Shown here in pieces: positions 10,556 to 18,894 of a DNA stretch of 64,000 nucleotides. A program made the position numbers and the translations under genes. Numbering within the stretch: position 1 is the first letter of the stretch; each line of letters begins with the position of its first letter. This DNA comes from Parcubacteria group bacterium GW2011_GWA2_42_14 (GTDB lineage: Bacteria; Patescibacteriota; Minisyncoccia; Sungbacterales; GWA2-42-14). The notes beneath the pieces are model-generated. The model was not told the DNA's origin. It saw only the letters and a list, made by a program, of their open reading frames with translations, and did not search any database. The stretch is taken from the NCBI GenBank assembly GCA_000998135.1, contig LCCV01000001.1:8958-72957 (forward strand), given 5' to 3'.

Positions 10556-11083
10556 ATGACTTTAACCACCCACATTTTAATCGCCACCGCGGCCGCCAAG
10601 CCGTTTTTCTCCGTGCATCCGGCGCTGGTTTTTGTTGCGGCCATAGCTTCACATTATCTTGCCGATGCCATTCCTCACTGGGACTGGCATTTGTCATCCG
10701 TTAAAGAAGATTTAAGCGACAAACATGACCACAATCTTATTTTAGAAAAAACCATCAATGTTCGTGATCTTCTTAAAATATCTCTTGATATATTTACGGG
10801 CTCGCTAATTGCTTTTTTAATATTACGGCCCGAACTTAACATAAAAGAGCTAACGCCGTTAGCCCTTTCCATTTTCGGAGGAATTCTTCCCGATATGCTT
10901 CAGCCGGTTTTCTGGGTCTGGAAAGAAAAAAATCCGTTTATGTTTATAAAACGCTTCCATAGTTTCATGCACTCAAAAATTTATTTGGGAAGACATTTTT
11001 GGACCGCAAAAAAATATATTATCATCGGCAAAGTTTCTCAAACAATTATTGCGCTTCTGACAATCTGGCTTATTTATTCATGA
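10556..11083 (+). CDS. membrane metal-dependent hydrolase-like protein
   Basis: N-terminal TH, SHYLADAIPHWD, GGILPD, FH--MH motifs with TM helices. Confidence 0.7.
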   Translation: MTLTTHILIATAAAKPFFSVHPALVFVAAIASHYLADAIPHWDWHLSSVKEDLSDKHDHNLILEKTINVRDLLKISLDIFTGSLIAFLILRPELNIKELTPLALSIFGGILPDMLQPVFWVWKEKNPFMFIKRFHSFMHSKIYLGRHFWTAKKYIIIGKVSQTIIALLTIWLIYS

Positions 11084-11138
11084 ATCATAAAACATGAAAC
11101 ATGAAACTTTTTATGTTACATGCTTCATGTTACATGAA

Positions 11139-12197
11139 TCATGCTGAGTGGACTTCTTGCAGCAGCCCTCTCTTTCTCCTGTCAATATCAATTACGAATT
11201 CAACAAGAACCGAAGCAATGGGTACGGCTAAAAACAGTCCAAGAATTCCTCCAAGTTTGGCTCCAACCAGCAAAGCTACAACCACCACCAAGGGATTCAA
11301 ACCGACCGTTTTTCTCATGACCACCGGCACAATCAAATGGCTTTCCATCTGCTGAATAACGAAATAAACCAGAACCACGATTATCGCCAATATCGGGTCC
11401 TGTAAAAAAGCGGTAAAGGCGGCCGGAGCCGCGGCCATAATCGGGCCAATTACGGGAATTAATTCAAATATAGCCGCCACAAAAGCAAGAAGCAAAGCAT
11501 ATTTAACGCCCAAAAATGACAAAGCAGTAAATACCAATATTCCGATCAAAACCCCGAGGAGAAGTTGGGCCCTTAACCAATGGCCCATTTTTTTTTGGGA
11601 ACGAGTCCAAAGGTCAATCATGTATTCCTCGTACTCAAGCGGGGTTACCAGACGCAAAAAATTTTCAATACCGCTTTCCTGCGTTGCCAGATAAAAAGAA
11701 ACAACAATCAAAATCACCACGGATATAAGCCCGCCAAAAATGGCAGAAAGAATTCCAAAAGCGTTTCCCGTAAGCTGCCCTATCGGAATAGAACCGTTCT
11801 CAATAAAATCTTCAGCTCCGTCAGAAAGATAATCAAAAAACGGCAATCCTTCAAATTCCTTAAGTTCGCTTAAAAATTTGGATTGATAGGCATAATAAAC
11901 TTCCCGAAAAGAATCAAATTCTTCGGCAAGCGTAGGAATCAAAAAATAAAAAATAACGGCAAAAATTAAAAATACCGCAAGATAAATTATAATAACCCCC
12001 GCAATACGCGGGATTTTATATTTTTTAAACCAAAATATGACTGGCTCCATGGCCGAAGCAATAACAACCGCGAATAAGAGGGCGGCCAAAACATCCGAAA
12101 GAATATAGAGCAAAAGCGCCCCGCCAACAACGAGAAAAAATTTTATGAAGACTTTATATGATATATCTATGGGGTGAAGAGGGTTTTTGGTGGGCAT
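11139..12197 (-). CDS. AI-2E (PerM/UPF0118) family transporter
   Basis: ELIPVIGP, IQQMESHLIVP, LNPLVV, GILGLFLAVP; the extension to 12254 is repeat-derived. Confidence 0.88.
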   Translation of the reverse strand: MPTKNPLHPIDISYKVFIKFFLVVGGALLLYILSDVLAALLFAVVIASAMEPVIFWFKKYKIPRIAGVIIIYLAVFLIFAVIFYFLIPTLAEEFDSFREVYYAYQSKFLSELKEFEGLPFFDYLSDGAEDFIENGSIPIGQLTGNAFGILSAIFGGLISVVILIVVSFYLATQESGIENFLRLVTPLEYEEYMIDLWTRSQKKMGHWLRAQLLLGVLIGILVFTALSFLGVKYALLLAFVAAIFELIPVIGPIMAAAPAAFTAFLQDPILAIIVVLVYFVIQQMESHLIVPVVMRKTVGLNPLVVVVALLVGAKLGGILGLFLAVPIASVLVEFVIDIDRRKRGLLQEVHSA

Positions 12198-12290
12198 GCG
12201 CCATTCGCCAATCAGTCGCGAATTATTTCGCAAATGGTTTGATAAACTCACCATAAATATTCGCGAATAAAATTAGAGATTGATTAGAGA

Positions 12291-13556
12291 TCAAAATTTC
12301 AAAATTTTCTCGAATTCTTTCTTTTCTTTATATGGCCCGAGCAGTGCCATGTTTAGAGAAGCAGGCTGAAAAATAAAACGAGCCACTCTATTTATATCAT
12401 TAACGGTAACTTTATCTATTTTACCAAAAACCTCATCAATTGTCAAAGGTTTACCGGTTATAATTTCCTCAATTCCTATAAAATCAGCCACTGCGTCAGA
12501 CGCTTCCATTCCTATAAGCGAAGTACCTTTAATATAATCCTTGGCAAGTTTCAACTCCTTTTGACTAACTCCTTTCCCCCTGAGCTTCTTATATTCATTA
12601 AGAATGGTCTGAATAGCCTTTTTTGCGTTAGAATGATCAACCCCGGCATAAGTAACAAAATATCCACGATTGGAAAAAGAATCCTCAACAGTTCGAACAT
12701 TATAGGCCAAACCAAGTTTTTCGCGTATTGTCTCAAACATTCTAGAACTCCAATTTCCGCCGGTAATTATTGATAAAACCTGAAGCGCGTAAATATCCTT
12801 ATGGCTGACGGGAAACCCCCTGAACCCGATGACGACATGGGTTTGGTCGGTTTCCTTATAACCGATTCCTATCATCGGTTTTTTTTGCCCCTCCATGACC
12901 GTGGGCGAATTTCCGGTTTTCGCAACTCTTATGCTGGAAAAATATTTTTTTATTTTTTCAACAGTTTCTTTTTCATCAAAATTTCCGGCAACAATAACCG
13001 CTGTATTTGCCGAAACATAGTGGGTGCTCCAATAATTTACAAAGTCATTTCTTTTAAGTTTTTTCAAAACCTCTTCCGTTCCGACGATTTCCCATCCGGC
13101 TGGCTGGTCACCATATAAAAGATGTTCCCACATCCTCCAAATAAAAGAGGTTGGCGTATCTTTATACTTGTGAATTTCTTCTATTATTACCTGGCGTTCT
13201 TTTATCAATTCTTCTTCTTTTAATAGAGAATTTTTATAAATATCAGACAAAAGGTCCAAAGAAAAATCCAAATGAATTTTTCCGGCCTTTATGAAGTATC
13301 CCGTGAATTCGTGCGAAGTAAAAGCGTTTGAAATTGAACCAATGGAATCAAGTTCACGCTTAATATCAAGGGGCTTGGGCCTTTTTTTCGTGCCCTTGAA
13401 AATCATATGCTCCAAAAAATGCGAGATGCCGTTATTATTTTTAGTTTCGTAATCCGAACCGGTTCCGACCATAACCAAAGTAGTAACAGTGTTGGTGTCC
13501 TTCATAGGAGCAGTAAGTATTCTTAAGCCATTTGGTAAAACAATTTTTTTAAACAT
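12291..13556 (-). CDS. M16 family zinc peptidase
   Basis: GISHFLEHMIFKGT (HxxEH), NAFTS, SSRMFETIREKLGLAY. Confidence 0.92.
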   Translation of the reverse strand: MFKKIVLPNGLRILTAPMKDTNTVTTLVMVGTGSDYETKNNNGISHFLEHMIFKGTKKRPKPLDIKRELDSIGSISNAFTSHEFTGYFIKAGKIHLDFSLDLLSDIYKNSLLKEEELIKERQVIIEEIHKYKDTPTSFIWRMWEHLLYGDQPAGWEIVGTEEVLKKLKRNDFVNYWSTHYVSANTAVIVAGNFDEKETVEKIKKYFSSIRVAKTGNSPTVMEGQKKPMIGIGYKETDQTHVVIGFRGFPVSHKDIYALQVLSIITGGNWSSRMFETIREKLGLAYNVRTVEDSFSNRGYFVTYAGVDHSNAKKAIQTILNEYKKLRGKGVSQKELKLAKDYIKGTSLIGMEASDAVADFIGIEEIITGKPLTIDEVFGKIDKVTVNDINRVARFIFQPASLNMALLGPYKEKKEFEKILKF

Positions 13557-13682
13557 AAAGAAATTTAATCAACGAATAACGAATCTTTTACGAATTTACA
13601 AATAAACGAGTTACGAATAATTCGTTATTCGCTTATTCATTTTTTCGCGATAAATTCGTTGTTCGCTGATTTCTGAAAATTG

Positions 13683-15011
13683 TCACTTTAACCTCTCGCT
13701 GAAATACTGTATCAATTCTTGCACTGAAATCCTTTCCTGTTTTGCCGTATCCCTGTCGCGAACCGTAACAGTATCATCTTCTAATGTCTGAAAGTCAATT
13801 GTAACACACCATGGAGTCCCGATTTCGTCTTGGGCATAATAACGTTTTCCAATATTGCCCCTATCGTCCCAAGCAACAATAAATCCTGAATCGTGAACCA
13901 TTGAGTCCTTTAAACTATCATATACCCTCCTGGCTTTTGTTACCAAATTCTCCTTATTGGCAAGAAGCGGAAAAACCGCGGCCTTTATTGGCGAAATTTT
14001 AGGCGGCAATTTCAAAACAACCCGCTTGCCGCCGTCTTCTTCGGCATATGAATTGACCAAAGCCGCAAGAAATGTGCGGTCAACTCCGAATGTCGGCTCA
14101 ATCACGCGCGGAATAAAGCGTTCTTTTGTTTCTTCGTCATAATACAAAATATCAACACCCGATTTTTCCGCATGGCTTTTTAAATCAAAATCGGTTCGGT
14201 AAGCAATCCCGTAAAGTTCTTCCTTGCCGAAAGGAAAATCAAAATCCAAATCAACCGTGCGCTCGGAATAATGAGCACGCTCTTCATCAGGAACTTCCCG
14301 GTCGTAAATTTTGGAAATGCCGATTGATTCCGCCCAGTTATGCATTTCTTTGAGCCACTCTTCAAAATACTTTTTCCAATCGGACGCTTTAACAAAATAT
14401 TCAATTTCCATCTGCTCAAACTCGCGGGTGCGGAAAATAAAATTTCCTGGAGTAATTTCGTTTCGAAAGGCCTTGCCTATTTGCGCGATTCCAAACGGCA
14501 ATTTCGGATGCATTGAATCAATAACATTTTTAAAATTAATAAACATCCCCTGCGCGGTTTCGGGACGCAGATAAGTTTCTGAAGCGGTATCTTCAACCGG
14601 CCCGACAAAAGTTTTAAACATCATGTTAAAAGAACGGGGTGGCGTAAAATCTTTTATCCCGCATTCCGGGCACCCCTTACTTACGTCAATCTTATCGGCG
14701 CGAAATCTTGCCTTGCATTTTCTGCAATCAACCATCGGGTCAACGAAATTTTTCAGATGCCCCGACGCTTCCCAAACCTTGGCGTTCATCAAAATCGCCG
14801 TATCAACTCCAAAAACATCATCTCGCCCCTGAACAAATCTTTTCCACCACTCTTTCTTAATATTATTTTTCAACTCAACCCCCAACGGACCGTAATCCCA
14901 TGTTCCAGCCAGTCCACCGTAAATCTCGGAGCCGGGATAAATAAAACCCCGCCTTTTTGCCAAAGATACAATCTTGTCCATTAAATTCTTTGAACCTGCT
15001 TCCTTATTCAT
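13683..15011 (-). CDS. glyQS: glycine--tRNA ligase, homodimeric type
   Basis: WDYGPLG, YLRPETAQG, FRNEITPGNFIFRTREFEQME, IGKRYYAQDEIGTP. Confidence 0.95.
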   Translation of the reverse strand: MNKEAGSKNLMDKIVSLAKRRGFIYPGSEIYGGLAGTWDYGPLGVELKNNIKKEWWKRFVQGRDDVFGVDTAILMNAKVWEASGHLKNFVDPMVDCRKCKARFRADKIDVSKGCPECGIKDFTPPRSFNMMFKTFVGPVEDTASETYLRPETAQGMFINFKNVIDSMHPKLPFGIAQIGKAFRNEITPGNFIFRTREFEQMEIEYFVKASDWKKYFEEWLKEMHNWAESIGISKIYDREVPDEERAHYSERTVDLDFDFPFGKEELYGIAYRTDFDLKSHAEKSGVDILYYDEETKERFIPRVIEPTFGVDRTFLAALVNSYAEEDGGKRVVLKLPPKISPIKAAVFPLLANKENLVTKARRVYDSLKDSMVHDSGFIVAWDDRGNIGKRYYAQDEIGTPWCVTIDFQTLEDDTVTVRDRDTAKQERISVQELIQYFSERLK

Positions 15012-15080
15012 GTTCTTGACAAATAATTTATATAATATATAATTAGAATTGCAAAAGTCCTTTTAAAAACGGGTCTGATA

Positions 15081-15389
15081 ATGCGCAAAATGCTCTACCA
15101 ACTCGCCTCCTTTGCTGTTTTATACTATATCATTGCCCTTGCCGTCGGTACTACCCTATTCTTTGTGCTGGGATGGAAGAGCCTTCTATTCTTATGGCTT
15201 GGTTCGGCATCAGTAAACATCTTCATTATGTGGCTTGTCGACAAAAAAAGACAACGCAATAACCTTCCTCCCCAATGGTTTCTTGATGACCCAAGCGGCG
15301 CCACAATATCTTCTTGTTTAGCAGGACTGTTAGTGCTCCCTTTTACTATTGCCGCCCTATTTGAACGAACTGGACAAATCAATAAATAA
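15081..15389 (+). CDS. small membrane protein
   Basis: three hydrophobic segments; TTGACA(15016)-16-TATAAT(15038) upstream; terminator ~15424-15450. Confidence 0.65.
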   Translation: MRKMLYQLASFAVLYYIIALAVGTTLFFVLGWKSLLFLWLGSASVNIFIMWLVDKKRQRNNLPPQWFLDDPSGATISSCLAGLLVLPFTIAALFERTGQINK

Positions 15390-15584
15390 AAGTATAAAAA
15401 ATAAATTTGCCAAAATATTTTTCAGCGGCCGTGCGCCGCTTTTTTCTTTTTAACAAAACTTACCTCAAGCAAATAATGCCACAAAATTTTTCATTGTGGT
15501 ATTTCAAAATAAGATAAACCCGTCATCACGTCCCACCCCCCTCTCTTTTATATTCAAGCGGCCCTGATTTTATTAAGAAAACCA

Positions 15585-15825
15585 TCTCGCAGGCCGAGCG
15601 GGGTCGTGAAGCGACGGGTTGTTCGGAGGACAACCCCGGGCTTTTGCGAGAAGCAAAAGTGGTTCCCGCTATTCAATTAAAATAAATAAAGAGCGGGAGA
15701 GCGAGGGCGAAAAAGTAATGTTATTACTTTTTCGCGGGCATTGCGAGCAGTCAGACCGCAGTCGGACAGCACAGCAGGATGCCCGGGAACGAGAGTGAGC
15801 GCAATTTCCACGCTGGGGAAATTGA
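15585..15825 (+). other. GC-rich multi-hairpin intergenic element (repeat or ncRNA)
   Basis: at least six inverted-repeat stems in ~240 nt. Confidence 0.5.
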
Positions 15826-15859
15826 TAGCGTGTTTTCGTATAAAATCAGGACCACTTCA

Positions 15860-17872
15860 TCACTCCACCACGCTCCAATCCTTGTTCACCGTCTGCAAAT
15901 CTTCTTTCAATTCAGTGGTTACATCATCGGCGATACTTTCAAGGGCGGTTTTAGTAAAAGAATCCACGCCGGCAATTCTTATATTCTTAACCAACAGGGC
16001 GCGGTTGTTCACCGCGTTTTCACCCGGAGTAATGGCGACATTGAAAGCCAAAAACATTCTGGGCCTGACAACGCCGGTTCCGGCAAAAACATCTCCCGCA
16101 TCCCAAATAAGTTCTCCCGAAGACGGATTAAAACTTAATTTTTCTTTTTTATCGCCCGTTATCTGGTCCAGCCACCTTACGTTCCCCGGCAAAGAAGCGT
16201 ATAATTTTACGCCCTTGGCATCACTAGACAGATTGGAAATTTGAAAAACAACAGTATAGCCGGTTTCTCTGCCGACGGCAGGAGGTAGCGTTCCGATATT
16301 TGGACCCAGAGGAGAATTATAAAATACGGCCTTGGACAAAACAGACAATTGCGTTTTTAATTTAATCTCCAGTAAATTTTCGTATTCAAGCTTAATCCCT
16401 TCAAATCCTTCAGGCGCGGTTTTAGTGATGATTTTTGCCAAAGACGATATGACAAAATCTTTATCAAAAAAACTTGTTATTGACGGTTGTTTCTTAACAA
16501 CTGCGGAAAACGTCACATAACCGTTTTCACCAGGATCCAATTCTTTTAATTCCGGAAAAGAGGATGCGTTCCAAACAAGCTCGCGCGATGCCCCGTCAAA
16601 AAAACCTTTTTCAATTTTCAAATCCCTTAAGTCCATGAGCCCCTCGGAAAGGCGCACTCTTATAAAAACGTCTCTCACCGCCACAGGAAGATTGTTTTTG
16701 TAATAAACAGAAAAGTTTAAGGGCTCCCCAAACCTGGCGGCATAATTTTCGGCCCTGTTTACGTCCTGCCTGACAAAAAGAGGAGGAGATGCTAGATGAA
16801 TTTCTCCCACCTTATCAACAAATGTTTTGAATTGCCTTGTCTGGGGATTATATTCTCCGATGCTGGTAATGAATAATTTGACTTCTTCAGGAAAACCGAT
16901 AATTCTGGAGTTAATCGTAATGCGGCGGCTTTCACCCCGGAGCAAATCGCCCAATTTCCAAATACTATTTTCATAATCAGGTTTCTTATTAGAAGATAAA
17001 AATTCCAAACCGGTAGGCCAGTCCACCCTCATATACAAATTATTAAAGTCCACCTTGGAACTTGATGTAACCTCAACCACTATTTTTATGTCTTGTCCGC
17101 TGATAACTTTTTCAGGAATATCATAAAACACCGCAATCGGCACCAAAGAAATCACCATGGAAAAACTTGCCTGTTTTTGAAAACGCGAGGAAATATTTTC
17201 CGGCTGATACAAAAACAGGACCTCCGCTGTTTTTTCTTCGCCTGTATTTCCGAAAATCCGCGCCGTAAAATCAAACTCCCTTTCTTCACCGGGTTTCATT
17301 TCTTCAACCCTTATTTTGCTTCTTAAATTTTTTGAAACGTTTTCGCCGTCAACGGGTACTGCTCCCTTGGGATAGATAAAATTAAGTTCGGAGTTTTTAA
17401 CAGCTACACCAAGATTATTGCGTATAGTTACCGTCCATGTTTGGGTATCACCGGCTTCAACCGCGGCCTCACCCGATATTTCAAGCGTTACCGCGCCTCC
17501 TTTTTGAAAAACTCCGTAATAGACAAAACCCGCCGCGGCAACCACGGACACAAAAAAAACAATTGACGTAAAAATAAAAATTTTTGATTTATAAAAAGAT
17601 TTTTTGGTTTTTGGCATATTGGTAGTTGTTAAAACCGGCTCTTCTCCACCACCCGCTATCCTACGCATTTCTTCGGGTGAAGAAGGCCTAAAAGATCCAA
17701 TTTCATGACGCCCGGCCCCGTCCTCCGCCGAATCAACCACCCTATCTTCCCCATACGTTCTATCGCTATCCGTTTTTTTTCTCTGTACCTCATAGAGTTC
17801 TTTCTGTTTTCGTTCTTTGGGCCCTTTTCTGGAATAAATTTTTTCCTTTAGTTCTTCGAGTTTATCAGACAT
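15860..17872 (-). CDS. membrane-anchored beta-rich protein (DUF11-like repeats)
   Basis: single TM helix followed by repeated Ig-like units (W-LG-L--GE, LVWN, LIWDAG). Confidence 0.75.
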   Translation of the reverse strand: MSDKLEELKEKIYSRKGPKERKQKELYEVQRKKTDSDRTYGEDRVVDSAEDGAGRHEIGSFRPSSPEEMRRIAGGGEEPVLTTTNMPKTKKSFYKSKIFIFTSIVFFVSVVAAAGFVYYGVFQKGGAVTLEISGEAAVEAGDTQTWTVTIRNNLGVAVKNSELNFIYPKGAVPVDGENVSKNLRSKIRVEEMKPGEEREFDFTARIFGNTGEEKTAEVLFLYQPENISSRFQKQASFSMVISLVPIAVFYDIPEKVISGQDIKIVVEVTSSSKVDFNNLYMRVDWPTGLEFLSSNKKPDYENSIWKLGDLLRGESRRITINSRIIGFPEEVKLFITSIGEYNPQTRQFKTFVDKVGEIHLASPPLFVRQDVNRAENYAARFGEPLNFSVYYKNNLPVAVRDVFIRVRLSEGLMDLRDLKIEKGFFDGASRELVWNASSFPELKELDPGENGYVTFSAVVKKQPSITSFFDKDFVISSLAKIITKTAPEGFEGIKLEYENLLEIKLKTQLSVLSKAVFYNSPLGPNIGTLPPAVGRETGYTVVFQISNLSSDAKGVKLYASLPGNVRWLDQITGDKKEKLSFNPSSGELIWDAGDVFAGTGVVRPRMFLAFNVAITPGENAVNNRALLVKNIRIAGVDSFTKTALESIADDVTTELKEDLQTVNKDWSVVE

Positions 17873-17875
17873 AAA

Positions 17876-17939
17876 TCGCTAATCAATCTCTAATTTTATT
17901 CGCGAATGGTTCGACAAGCTCACCATAAATATTCGCGAA
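17876..17939. repeat. ~64-bp dispersed repeat
   Basis: near-identical copy at ~18498-18561; rearranged copy at ~12226-12288. Confidence 0.8.
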
Positions 17940-17961
17940 TGAATTCGTGTTTGATTCGTGA

Positions 17962-18495
17962 TTATATACCCATTATATCATACTTTGCCCCAAAATGACT
18001 CGCCACCGCCATTTTAATTGATTCTGGCGTAATGCCCGGAGAAGGAAGAAGGCCAAAAATATGAAGAAATCCCGCGTTAAACTCAAACAATATTTTTTCT
18101 AATCCCGGCCCATTTTGAACATCAACCGTATCTAATCTTTCCAACGTTAAATGCATCAAATCAAAAAGGCGCCCATCGCCCCTTTCTTCAAAAACATTGG
18201 AGTCAGTAAGATTAACAATATAAAAAGCGCATCTCAATTTATTCAAATTGCCTCTTAGGTCAATAAAAAAATCCTTGACTTCGGCTGAAGTAATACGGTA
18301 AAAATTTTTTCCAATGACAAAACTTATGGCCGAGTGAGTCAACGGCTCCAAATGCCCCTTAAGCTTGGCCGCTTCTTTTCTCACTCCCTGCGCCATTACT
18401 TTTATTTTCCCGAAATCCTTGGTCAAAATCGTAATCAACAAATCCGCCTCGCCATAAGGTTCTTTTTTTAAGATGATGCCCTCTGTACTATGCAT
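17962..18495 (-). CDS. recO: DNA repair protein RecO (short)
   Basis: TEGIILKK-YGEADLLITILTKDFGKIKVMAQGVRK. Confidence 0.88.
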   Translation of the reverse strand: MHSTEGIILKKEPYGEADLLITILTKDFGKIKVMAQGVRKEAAKLKGHLEPLTHSAISFVIGKNFYRITSAEVKDFFIDLRGNLNKLRCAFYIVNLTDSNVFEERGDGRLFDLMHLTLERLDTVDVQNGPGLEKILFEFNAGFLHIFGLLPSPGITPESIKMAVASHFGAKYDIMGI

Positions 18496-18635
18496 ACTCG
18501 CTAATCAATCTCTAATTTTGTTCGCGAATGGTTCGACAAGCTCACCATAAATATTCGCGAAATAATTCGCGATTGATTAGTGATTTTATTATCGCATTTT
18601 CCGGACAAAGAAAAAAGGCCGTATGTGCGGCCGAA

Positions 18636-18893
18636 TTAATCATCGTGCGAACAACTATTTTTTAAACTTGATACAAGACAAAAAAAGAAAGGTAAGAAAA
18701 AAACAAACAATATAAGCGTAAATGTAAAGATAACGGCTAAAATCAATAATACGGATAGAAGAGGTGAAAAAATAAGTCTTACGATGCCAAACAAAGAAGT
18801 CGGGCGCGAAAATAGCTCGCCAAGCGGTTCTGCATAAAATCCAACAAAATAATCCTTAATTACAAAGCCGAAATTTTTACTATCAAAGAACAT
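18636..18893 (-). CDS. small membrane protein
   Basis: hydrophobic C-terminal half; begins right after ileS stop. Confidence 0.45.
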   Translation of the reverse strand: MFFDSKNFGFVIKDYFVGFYAEPLGELFSRPTSLFGIVRLIFSPLLSVLLILAVIFTFTLILFVFFLPFFFCLVSSLKNSCSHDD

Positions 18894-18894
18894 T

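Noticed and set aside
15012-15830. T-box leader for glyQS
   Set aside because: no T-box consensus seen and a divergent gene intervenes
17876-18561. CRISPR array from repeated ~64-bp units
   Set aside because: few copies separated by whole genes, no regular spacers, no cas genes
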